A stretch of DNA of 64,000 bases from Dehalococcoidia bacterium (GTDB taxonomy: Bacteria > Chloroflexota > Dehalococcoidia > Bin125). Where the stretch lies: assembly GCA_022822855.1 (NCBI GenBank), contig JAJDYG010000019.1:36475-100474 (forward strand), read 5' to 3'. Positions 9,551-17,687 of this stretch are shown piece after piece. The position numbers were made by a program, and so were the translations under genes. How positions within the stretch are numbered: the first letter of the stretch is position 1; each line of letters starts with the position of its first letter. Under the pieces are notes generated by a model, which was given only the letters and a program-made list of their open reading frames with translations, searched no databases and had not been told where the DNA came from.

Positions 9551-9886
9551 ATGGTAGACCTGTACCCCGAATACGACGACAGCGTATTGGTTCTGAACCC
9601 GCTGGGCCGCATCGACGGCACGAACGCGAAGGCGTTCGAGGAGGCGCTGCTGGGACGGATTGACGCGGGCGACACGCAGATTCTGATGAACTTCGAGGGG
9701 ATCAACTACATCTCCTCGGCTGGTCTTCGGGTTCTGTTGATGGCCGCGAAGCGCACCAGTCAGTCGGCGGGCCAACTGGCCCTCTGCGCGGTCCAGGACC
9801 ACATCCAGGAAGTGTTCAAGTTCTCCGGCTTCGCCGAGATCATTCCGATTCACGACGACCGTCCGGCGGCGCTCAACACCTTCTAG
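9551..9886 (+). CDS. STAS domain anti-sigma factor antagonist
   Basis: LVLNPLGRIDGTNAKAFEEAL...INYISSAGLRVLL carries the conserved phospho-Ser context of SpoIIAA/RsbV-like proteins. Confidence 0.6.
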   Translation: MVDLYPEYDDSVLVLNPLGRIDGTNAKAFEEALLGRIDAGDTQILMNFEGINYISSAGLRVLLMAAKRTSQSAGQLALCAVQDHIQEVFKFSGFAEIIPIHDDRPAALNTF

Positions 9887-9920
9887 GCGTCGACCCCTTC
9901 GATAGTCGAGAACCCACAAC

Positions 9921-9965
9921 ATCGCCTGAACGCTGCGCCCCTCGCCGGGGCGGCGTTCAGGCGAT
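9921..9965. terminator. Long GC-rich hairpin between convergent STAS and aminotransferase genes, likely a bidirectional terminator
   Basis: atcgcctgaacgc ... gcgttcaggcgat forms a 13-bp stem. An inner stem (cgcccc..ggggcg) nests inside it. Confidence 0.5.
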
Positions 9966-10000
9966 GTCGTGTATTCGCGCGCGTTTCTGGTCTCTCGCGG

Positions 10001-11368
10001 CTACAGCCCCAGTTCGCTTTCGAGCTTGGCGATCGCTCGCGAGATTCGGTTGATCAGTTCGTCCGCCTCTTCCAGGTTGGTCGTGAGCGGGGGCGCGACG
10101 GGAATTGCGGCTCCGCCGCGGGCCAGGACGCCCTCGTCTCGGAGGTACTGCGTCACACGGGCCTGGACGTTGTCGGCTTCGTCGAAGTCCTCGCCTGAGG
10201 CCGGATCTTTCTTCAGCTCGATGACCTGCATCAGGCCGATGCCGCGGGTGTGGTGGATCGTCCGGTGCTCTTCGCGCAACTGCACGAGGCGCGAGCGGAC
10301 GTGTTCGCCGACTCGGGCGGAGTTCTCGACCAGGCCTTCGCGCTCGATGATGTTGAGGTTGCCCAGGGCGACGGCGCAGGAGACCGGATTGGCGCCCCAG
10401 GTGATGCCTCCGATGGTCCCGTCCTTGCCGGCCTCCTCGAAGGTGCGGGCGATGTTGTCGTTGACCAGCGTGGCGGCGATCGGCGAGTAGCCAGACGAAA
10501 TCTGCTTGGCCGTGGTCATGATGTCGGGCTCAACATCGAAGTGATCCATGCCGAACCACTTGCCGGTTCGTCCGAAGCCGTTGATCACTTCATCGGCGAT
10601 CAAAACGATGTCGTGCTTGTCGCAGATCTCGCGCAAGGTTTTCCAGTAGGCCTTGTCGGGAACGTAGCTGCCGTTGGCGGTCGAGATCGGCTCGGCGATC
10701 ATGGCGGCGACGGTGCCGGGACCGGCGGCCATGATCGTGTCCTCGATGGTGCGGGCGCAGAAGACGTCGCAGTCGGGGAAGGTCTTCTCGTAGGGGCAGC
10801 GGTCGCAGTTGACGTTGGGCACGTGGATCGAACCCGGCACGAGCGGTTCGTATGGCGCGCGCATGGAGTAGGCGGCGGCGTTGACCGAGAGCGCGCCGGC
10901 GGTCTGACCGTGGTAGGACCCGATCCGCGAGATGACCTTGAACTTTTCTCCGTTACCCCGGATGTGGTGGTAGTGCTTGGCGATCTTGAGCGCGTTCTCG
11001 ACCGCTTCGGATCCACCGTTGACGAAGACGGCCTTGCGGATGGTCGACGGAGTCAGCTCGAAGAGCTTGGACGCCAGCGCGACCGCCGGCTCGGAGGCGT
11101 AGGCGAAGGTGTTCTGGTAGGCGAGGTTGGACATCTGCTCGTGGGCGATGTCGGCCAGCTCGGTGCGGCCGTGCCCGACGGCGTTGAGCCAGAGGCCGGA
11201 CATGGCATCGATGTACTCGCGTCCCTGGTCGTCGTGGAGGAAGATGCCTTCGCCCTTCTGGATTACCAGCAGTCCATCGTCGGCGGCGAGGTCGGCGTGG
11301 GACTGAGTGGGGATCCAGAGGTGCTCGAGCGATTGCTTGCGAAGGGCTTCCTGGGTCGGGGTCGTCAT
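10001..11368 (-). CDS. Class III (omega) aminotransferase family protein
   Basis: YIDAMSGLWLNAVGHG, ALKIAKHYHH and IADEVINGFGRTGKWFG (PLP-Lys context) are typical of class III aminotransferases. Confidence 0.65.
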   Translation of the reverse strand: MTTPTQEALRKQSLEHLWIPTQSHADLAADDGLLVIQKGEGIFLHDDQGREYIDAMSGLWLNAVGHGRTELADIAHEQMSNLAYQNTFAYASEPAVALASKLFELTPSTIRKAVFVNGGSEAVENALKIAKHYHHIRGNGEKFKVISRIGSYHGQTAGALSVNAAAYSMRAPYEPLVPGSIHVPNVNCDRCPYEKTFPDCDVFCARTIEDTIMAAGPGTVAAMIAEPISTANGSYVPDKAYWKTLREICDKHDIVLIADEVINGFGRTGKWFGMDHFDVEPDIMTTAKQISSGYSPIAATLVNDNIARTFEEAGKDGTIGGITWGANPVSCAVALGNLNIIEREGLVENSARVGEHVRSRLVQLREEHRTIHHTRGIGLMQVIELKKDPASGEDFDEADNVQARVTQYLRDEGVLARGGAAIPVAPPLTTNLEEADELINRISRAIAKLESELGL

Positions 11369-11470
11369 GCAAGGTCCTGTCATGCCATGGGTTGTCAGGA
11401 CAGGATAGGCGTAATGCCCGGGTCGCGTGGCTGAACGGGCAGGACAGATGGGCGTCGCGCCAGAGAAGGA

Positions 11471-11512
11471 CCCCCTCCGCCTACGGCACCCCCCCTGCGA
11501 GGGGGAGGAAAG
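11471..11512. repeat. Family B-related structured repeat
   Basis: ccccctccgcctacggcaccccccctgcgagggggagg. Confidence 0.45.
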
Positions 11513-11545
11513 AATGTTCGAGGGCTCCCCAGTGGGTAAGTTTAT

Positions 11546-12151
11546 CTAGCGTTGGGCGGAAGTGGGGGCTCCTCGGGCGCGGAGGTCGTAGGCCATGACG
11601 ACGAGGTCCCGGAGGCGGCCGCTGCGGTCCATGACCCAGCCGGGGAGAGTGGCGACGACCTGGAAGCCGAGGGACTCAAAGACCGCCTGAGCGCTGTGCT
11701 GGTCGTGGGTCATGCGGGCGGAGATGCGTTCGAGGCCGATCGAGTCGGCGATTGCGAAGATCTCCTCGGCCAGGAAGCGGCCGAGACCCTGGCCGCGGAT
11801 CTGCGAGTTCACGGTGACGCGGATCTCCCCCATGTGGTCTGTCCAGCCCGCCTCGTTGTGGACCAGCGAGGCCTCGCCGACGATGTCACCGGAATCGACC
11901 GCGAGCACGGTGGTGGTGCGGTGCTCGGCGATGTTCTCAAGCCAGCGGTCGACAACGTATTCGTCAGTGATGTCCCAGGGCAGGTAGAGCAGATCGTCGG
12001 TCGAGAGGGAGCGGGCGAAGGCGAGGAATCTGGCCTTGTCCGGCGATCCCATCAGGCGCATATCGATCTCGCGGCCTCCGCGCAGGGTGGCGCGACTCGG
12101 GTATCGCCGCGAGATCAGGGCGGCTTGGCGGGCGGATGCTTCGGTGGTCAT
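11546..12151 (-). CDS. GNAT family N-acetyltransferase
   Basis: The acetyl-CoA motif region RGQGLGRFLAEEIFAIADSIGLERI is typical of GNAT motif A. Confidence 0.55.
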   Translation of the reverse strand: MTTEASARQAALISRRYPSRATLRGGREIDMRLMGSPDKARFLAFARSLSTDDLLYLPWDITDEYVVDRWLENIAEHRTTTVLAVDSGDIVGEASLVHNEAGWTDHMGEIRVTVNSQIRGQGLGRFLAEEIFAIADSIGLERISARMTHDQHSAQAVFESLGFQVVATLPGWVMDRSGRLRDLVVMAYDLRARGAPTSAQR

Positions 12152-12295
12152 CGATCGTCTCCCGTTCCACAGTCCTGACGCGCCCAACGCGTCTGTCTCA
12201 ACTCAGGGTCTGGTACGCATTTGCGTTCGCGCAGAGTACCACTGCGCGGGCGCGGTCGATTGCCGCAGTGCTACGAAATTGTGACCATCGCGACC

Positions 12296-12847
12296 TCAGC
12301 TCGAGGGCGGCCGCCAGCGGGTTGTCTTGGGCTGGAGGCGCGCGCCGCGGTCGGCGGCGGAGTCGATCTCGAGGGTGACGTCGTCGCCCGGGTACATGGT
12401 GCCCTGGCGGACGACGCGGGCGTAGAGCCGCGAGCGGCCAGGGTAGGTGGCCTGGTTGATGCGGTTGAAATCGCCGTCGCGGAAGCAGTGGGAGATGATC
12501 CGGCAGGGCGCCGCGTAAGAGGTGATCTCGACGACCACCTGCTCGCCCAGATGGACCCGCGCGCCGGGAACGAGCTTCTTCCAGTCGATGCCCCGGATGG
12601 TGACGTTCTCGCCGGTGGCGCCGGGCCCGATCGGATTGCCGTCGGCGCGGAGACCGTCGAGGATCTCGGCCGAGAAGAGGCAGACGGCGCGCTCGGTGCC
12701 GCCGTGGTGGCGTCGGTCCCGCTGGCGGTCGCGGGTCAGGCCGTACTCGTTGACGACGGCCTCGGAGACGGCTCGCTTGGGGACTCCGCCGGGCGAGACG
12801 TTGAGCTGTTCGATGCGTCCGGTGGTCCTGGGTGTCAGATCTGGCAT
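12296..12847 (-). CDS. MOSC domain-containing protein
   Basis: GENVTIRGIDWKKLVPGARVHLGEQVVVEITSYAAPCRII carries the conserved Cys of the MOSC beta-barrel. Confidence 0.6.
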   Translation of the reverse strand: MPDLTPRTTGRIEQLNVSPGGVPKRAVSEAVVNEYGLTRDRQRDRRHHGGTERAVCLFSAEILDGLRADGNPIGPGATGENVTIRGIDWKKLVPGARVHLGEQVVVEITSYAAPCRIISHCFRDGDFNRINQATYPGRSRLYARVVRQGTMYPGDDVTLEIDSAADRGARLQPKTTRWRPPSS

Positions 12848-12938
12848 GGTGTTATCCGCCTCGCATCCGCGATTGGCACGATTCTAATGCTTGCCGCGCA
12901 CGGGGTTTTGGCAACCAAGAACATCGATTCTACCGGGG

Positions 12939-14645
12939 TTAGCGTTCGGGGTGCCCCCCTTTGCCTTCGGCATCTCCCCCCGCTTCGCGGGGGGAGAAAG
13001 GAATCGGAGAACTCTGCGGGTGCTTCCAACTTGCGATCATTCCGTCGACGTAGAGGACTCGGAGGGCGGTGAGGAGGCCGGGGAGGAGCTTGGCCTGCTG
13101 CTGCTGGGAGACTCCCTCGAAGAGGTCGTCGAGGAGGGAGCGGACGGGGCGGCGTCCGTCGATCCTCGAGGCGAGGGCGGCGACCAGCATCGAGATTGGC
13201 GCTCCCTGCGGTCTGGCCGGGGACGACATGACGGCTCCCCACTCGAACTGTCCGTCTCCGACGACCGGCTTGCGGGCCAGACTGATGCCTTCGGCAAGGG
13301 TCGGCACGGCGTCGAGCATCGGGCTGCGATTGGGCCAGGCGGAGTCGATCAGGCGGGACATCTCGGTGTCGCGGCGGGCGCGTTCGGATTCGACGGCGGC
13401 GACGCCCTCGACGAAGTCGGACGGCGCTTCCCCCTTCTCCAGCACGACGCGCTCGTAGCCCTGGGGCGGCTGCCCGGCGACGGCGGCGATGAATGCCTCG
13501 CGGGGGGAGACATCGTCGGTCGTCTGGGTGATGCGGCGTGCCTCCCAGAAGTAGGAGTCTGAGGTGCGGTTGGAGGCGTAGAAGAGTGCGGCCATCTCGC
13601 GGAACTGGTGGTACTGCTGCATGTAGAGCTGGGTGTAGACCTCGGCGGCGGGCTCGCGCATGTCGGGGTCGCGCAGGGCCGAGGTGACGTAGGCGGAGGC
13701 GAGGACAGCCGAGGAGAGGGCCAGGTGGACGCCGGAGGAGAAGAGCGGATCGATGAAGCAGGCGGCGTCGCCGATGAGGATGTAGCCGTCGCCGACCAGG
13801 CGCTGGGACGTGTAGGACCAGTCGCGGATCACTCGCGGTTCGTCGATGATCTCCGCCTCGGAAAGCATGGCGGCGGTTCGACCGGTCATGGCGAGTTGCT
13901 GCCGGTAGAACTCCTCGGTCGGCTGGTCGGTGAGTTGCGAGCCACCCCAGGCGGCATCGACAACCACTCCGACGGACATGACGTCGTCGGGCAGGGGTAT
14001 GGCCCAGGACCAGCCGTGCTCGTAGGCCTCGATGAAGATGTTGCCAGCGTCCGGCTCGGGGAGCCGGTCGGCTCCTCGGTAGTAGCTGTAGACGGCGAGA
14101 TTGCGGAAGAACTCGTCGTGCGTGCGGAGGTCGAGGCGGCGGGCGAGGAAGCCGTTCTGGCCGCTGGCGTCGACGATCCAGTCTGCGCGGTGAGTTTCGC
14201 GGCTTGTGTCGCTGGATTCGATGGTGACGGTTGGTGGTTGGTCCGTCTCGACGGCTGCGTCGACGACGCGGCAGCCCTGGCGGACGCTGACGCCGCTTCG
14301 CTCGGCGTTGTCGAGCAGCATCTGGTCGAAGGTCGGGCGCCAGACCTGGTAGGCGTGGGGATAGCTGGCGTTGGTCTCAGCGAAGTGCCAGGACCAGGGC
14401 TCGGGATCGCGGCCCCAGACCATGGTGGCGCCGTACTTGGGGGTGAAGCCGGCGGCTTCGATCTCGTCGATGACCCCCAGGGTTTCGAGGATGGGGATGG
14501 AGGCGGGGAGGAGGGACTCGCCGACGTGTTCCCGGGGGAAGACTTCGCGCTCGAAGAGCGTGACGCTGAAGCCCTGTCGGGCAAGCAGAGTGGCGGCGGT
14601 CGAGCCGCCTGGTCCACCGCCAATGACGATGATGGTGTCGGACAT
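12939..14645 (-). CDS. FAD-dependent halogenase-like oxidoreductase (tryptophan-halogenase family)
   Basis: N-terminal GGGPGGSTAA dinucleotide-binding motif. GWSWAIPL matches the WxWxIP signature of flavin-dependent halogenases. Confidence 0.55.
   Translation of the reverse strand: MSDTIIVIGGGPGGSTAATLLARQGFSVTLFEREVFPREHVGESLLPASIPILETLGVIDEIEAAGFTPKYGATMVWGRDPEPWSWHFAETNASYPHAYQVWRPTFDQMLLDNAERSGVSVRQGCRVVDAAVETDQPPTVTIESSDTSRETHRADWIVDASGQNGFLARRLDLRTHDEFFRNLAVYSYYRGADRLPEPDAGNIFIEAYEHGWSWAIPLPDDVMSVGVVVDAAWGGSQLTDQPTEEFYRQQLAMTGRTAAMLSEAEIIDEPRVIRDWSYTSQRLVGDGYILIGDAACFIDPLFSSGVHLALSSAVLASAYVTSALRDPDMREPAAEVYTQLYMQQYHQFREMAALFYASNRTSDSYFWEARRITQTTDDVSPREAFIAAVAGQPPQGYERVVLEKGEAPSDFVEGVAAVESERARRDTEMSRLIDSAWPNRSPMLDAVPTLAEGISLARKPVVGDGQFEWGAVMSSPARPQGAPISMLVAALASRIDGRRPVRSLLDDLFEGVSQQQQAKLLPGLLTALRVLYVDGMIASWKHPQSSPIPFSPREAGGDAEGKGGHPER
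12954..13003. repeat. Family B structured repeat
   Basis: cccccctttgccttcggcatctccccccgcttcgcggggggaga. It overlaps the 3' end of the halogenase ORF. Confidence 0.55.
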
Positions 14646-14687
14646 GAGATGAGGTTATCGGGCATTGTTGGATTGGGAGGCGGGAGA

Positions 14688-14745
14688 GCCCCCCTCTGCC
14701 TTCGGCATCTCCCCCCGCTTGCGCGGGGGGAGATGGGAAAGGGAC
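14688..14745. repeat. Family B structured repeat
   Basis: cccccctctgccttcggcatctccccccgcttgcgcggggggagatggg is near-identical to the 12954 copy, so the two bracket the halogenase gene. Confidence 0.55.
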
Positions 14746-14810
14746 GTTCGGTATGCCTCCTCTTGCCTGGGGAGGATGGGTTTCAGGCGATGTTGTGTGA
14801 GGGAACGCGA

Positions 14811-14836
14811 GAGACCCGCGCCGAAGCGCGGGTCTC
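14811..14836. terminator. GC hairpin gagacccgcgc-cgaa-gcgcgggtctc
   Basis: 11-bp perfect stem with a 4-nt loop, downstream of the minus-strand small membrane protein gene. Confidence 0.4.
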
Positions 14837-14862
14837 GCTTCTCCCCCAATGCCAAACTAGGC

Positions 14863-15231
14863 CTACTGCACTGGTTGGTTTGGGTTGTCGTCGCCACCTG
14901 CGCCCGGCAACTCAGCTCCCGCTGCACCCGACCTAGCTACCGGAGTCGGGCCTGAAGATGGAACCAAGTAACTGGAGGGGATCAGCACGGCCAGAATGAT
15001 CCCAACAGGACCGAACAAGAGTCCATACGACGCGAATAGCATCACGCTACCTGAACCGGCATTCTCTACTTTTCTGTTGAGAATGTCGATGCACTGGAGC
15101 ACGTGCACGAGGCTGAGGACGATCGAGATTCCGACTGCGATCCATACAGGGGTCTCGAGGTCGTAGCTGTCAGTGCCAAGAAATGTCAATAGCCAGCCGA
15201 AACTTGCGATGACAATGAAGTAGACGAACAC
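14863..15231 (-). CDS. Small integral membrane protein, hypothetical
   Basis: Three hydrophobic segments (FVYFIVIASFGWLLTFL, VWIAVGISIVLSLV, LLFGPVGIILAVLI) and no recognisable domain. Confidence 0.3.
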   Translation of the reverse strand: MFVYFIVIASFGWLLTFLGTDSYDLETPVWIAVGISIVLSLVHVLQCIDILNRKVENAGSGSVMLFASYGLLFGPVGIILAVLIPSSYLVPSSGPTPVARSGAAGAELPGAGGDDNPNQPVQ

Positions 15232-15273
15232 AGGTTGCTCCTCGCCAGACCTCTTTCGCCAAGCTCCCGAAGC

Positions 15274-16569
15274 TTAGTCGCCGGGGAAGGCGGCTCCCGA
15301 ACCGGTGTTCACTTCGAAGGCGCCCTTGAGGTCGAGTTCCTTGCCCATCTCTCGGACGGCGGGGATGACTTCCTCGCCGAAGAGGCGGAGGGAGCGCATC
15401 GCGTCGTCGTGGTTCATCGCGCCGTCGCCGTCCCAGAAGAAGATGTTGCCGGGGCGCAGCTCTTCGAGGACGTGGCGGATCTTGGGGATGACGGTCTTGG
15501 GGGTACCCGTGATGATCGAGTACTTGTTGACCTGCTCCTCGTAGGTGCCGAAGGCGTCGGCGTCGACCTTGTCGGTTTCGGCTTCCTTCTCGGCGAGGGC
15601 GGCGTCGCGGTCGGACTGGCGGCCGCGGGCGGCGGCGGCGAAGGTGCTGACCGTGGGCAGGAGCTGGGTGCGGGAGGTCAGACCGGGGAGGTTCTGCAGG
15701 TTGCTGCGAACGGTTCCCTGGTTGCCCTCGAGGAACGGGTTGGCCGGGCCGCTGATGTACTTGCGTCCGGCTTCCTCGGCCAGTTCTTCGGTCTCGTCGA
15801 CGTGAACCTTGAACAGGTAGCCGTGGTGCTCGGTCGAGGCCTCGTAGCCGTTCTCGCGGGCGACTTCGTCGTAGTACTCGAACGACTTCTTGGTCGGCTC
15901 GATCTCGGTGGCGAGCATGACGTAGGGGTAGCGATGCTCGGCGCACCACTTGACCGTGTTCCTCGACATCACGCCGGGGATCCAGATCTGGGGGTGCGGG
16001 TCCTGGTAGGGGCGGGCCCAGGGGTTGACGTAGCGGTACTGGTAGTGCTCGCCTTCCCAGCGGAAGGGACCGGGGGTCGACCAGGCCTTGACGACGAAGT
16101 CGTGGGCTTCCTGGAAGCGCTCCCAGTTGAAGGGGGCCTGCGAGTTGTGGGCGACGGACTCGCGGCCGGTGCCGCGGACCCAGCCGGTGACGAGGCGGCC
16201 GCGGGAGATCATGTCGATCTCGGCGAGTTCCTCGGCCAGCCACAGCGGGTCTTCCCAGATTGGGAGGACGTTGCCGAGCAGGACGATCTTGGCTCGCTTG
16301 GTAATCCGAGCGAGGATCGCCGCTTCAACGTTCATCACGCCGCCCATGCAGAACGGGGTGGAGTGATGCTCGTTGAGCATCAGGCCGTCGAAGCCCATCT
16401 CCTCGGCGTAGACCTTCTCGTCGAGGTAGCGGTTGTAGAGCTCGGCGCCGATGCGGGGGTCGTAGTCCCCGTTGGTCATGCCCAGGTCTTCGATCTCACG
16501 CCCGGTCGCGCCGACCCAGCCCGATTCGAAGTCCTGGTAGGGACGCTCGGTGAAATAGCCAATGAACAT
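15274..16569 (-). CDS. LLM-class (luciferase-like) flavin-dependent oxidoreductase
   Basis: GFDGLMLNEHHSTPF ... NVLPIWEDPLWLAEELAEIDMISRGRL is typical of bacterial luciferase-like monooxygenases. Confidence 0.6.
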   Translation of the reverse strand: MFIGYFTERPYQDFESGWVGATGREIEDLGMTNGDYDPRIGAELYNRYLDEKVYAEEMGFDGLMLNEHHSTPFCMGGVMNVEAAILARITKRAKIVLLGNVLPIWEDPLWLAEELAEIDMISRGRLVTGWVRGTGRESVAHNSQAPFNWERFQEAHDFVVKAWSTPGPFRWEGEHYQYRYVNPWARPYQDPHPQIWIPGVMSRNTVKWCAEHRYPYVMLATEIEPTKKSFEYYDEVARENGYEASTEHHGYLFKVHVDETEELAEEAGRKYISGPANPFLEGNQGTVRSNLQNLPGLTSRTQLLPTVSTFAAAARGRQSDRDAALAEKEAETDKVDADAFGTYEEQVNKYSIITGTPKTVIPKIRHVLEELRPGNIFFWDGDGAMNHDDAMRSLRLFGEEVIPAVREMGKELDLKGAFEVNTGSGAAFPGD

Positions 16570-16666
16570 GGTTGCGGTTCCTGTTCTTCCGGTTCAGCGG
16601 GTGGTTGCTGGGGCCGGTTGTACGTTCCTCAAAATGATACGTGATCTCGCATGAATCGCCGGGAGC

Positions 16667-17461
16667 CTAAAGGCCGGCGATGAACGAGCTCACGGCGTCG
16701 GCGGCGGCCTGCGGATTCTCGAGTTCGACCAGGTGTCCGAGTCCGTCGAGGACCTGCAGCGTGCTGTTGGGCAGGCTGGCGTTGTAGACCTCGGCGACGC
16801 TGAGCGGGGTGACACGGTCGTTCTCGCCCCAGAGGAGCAGGGTCGGCGTTTCGACCTCGGAGAGGAGGTGCGGCAACTGGCGGTTGAACATCCAGGGCTT
16901 CCAGGTCAGACGCGCGGTCATCTCGCGCGAGAAGTCCCAGAGTTCCTTGAGTTCGGGCGCGGCTTCGTCGCCGAAGACTTCGGCGTAGGCCTCGTCGGAG
17001 GAGAAGCCGAGCTTCACGTACTCCTCGAACTCGTAGAAGATCACGTCGGCGATTTCGCCCTCTTCGGGCTGGACGCCGGCGGCCCCGACGAGGATGAGGC
17101 TGTCCAGGCCGTGCAGGTGCATCGAGGCGAGCTCGGCCGCGACCCAGCCGCCGAAGCCCAGGCCGAGCAGGTGGGCGTCGGTGTCGATGCCCATCTTGTG
17201 GATCGCGCTGTGCAGCAGGATCGCGATGTCGCGCGGATGCCGGGCCCAGCCGGGTCGCTCGGACTGGCCGTAGCCGGGCATGTCGATCACGGTGACGGTG
17301 TGGTTGGCGGCGAGCTGGTCATAGAACGGGATCCAGCCGGGCGAGCCGGTGGAGTGGTGCAGGACCACGATGTTCGGTCCGGTGCCGTCCTGCAGCGCGC
17401 TCACCTTGAGGCCGGCGACCTCAACGGCGATCTGCGAATGTGCCTCAGTCTGTGTAGTCAT
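16667..17461 (-). CDS. Alpha/beta hydrolase fold protein
   Basis: HHSTGSPGW ... GLGFGGWVAAELA (GxGxG nucleophile elbow variant) ... LLLWGENDRV. Confidence 0.55.
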   Translation of the reverse strand: MTTQTEAHSQIAVEVAGLKVSALQDGTGPNIVVLHHSTGSPGWIPFYDQLAANHTVTVIDMPGYGQSERPGWARHPRDIAILLHSAIHKMGIDTDAHLLGLGFGGWVAAELASMHLHGLDSLILVGAAGVQPEEGEIADVIFYEFEEYVKLGFSSDEAYAEVFGDEAAPELKELWDFSREMTARLTWKPWMFNRQLPHLLSEVETPTLLLWGENDRVTPLSVAEVYNASLPNSTLQVLDGLGHLVELENPQAAADAVSSFIAGL

Positions 17462-17687
17462 ACGCCTGCTCCTGACTGTGTGCTTGACAGCGTGTTCGAC
17501 GGTGTGATCGTGGGCTTGATTCAGCTTGGAGTGGGTGGGCCAGCTTCCCGCTCGCCATGTGAGCAGCAAAACTAGTTAGCCATAGGCTAAGCGCCGTTCG
17601 GGACAGGGGCAACCGAAGCGGCTGAGGCGAACCAGGCGGGCCGACTTGGGGCAGGGATCTCCCGGGCGGTCGTAGGATTGCATCATC

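Noticed and set aside
12221-14936. Plus-strand ORFs of 283 aa and 442 aa antisense to the MOSC and halogenase genes
   Set aside because: Their composition is dominated by G/A/R/D runs with no motifs. The minus-strand genes have strong family signatures.
15170-16243. 357-aa Arg/Pro-rich minus-strand ORF overlapping the LLM oxidoreductase gene in another frame
   Set aside because: It is in the same region and on the same strand as a well-supported LLM gene, and its extreme R/P composition indicates a frame artefact.
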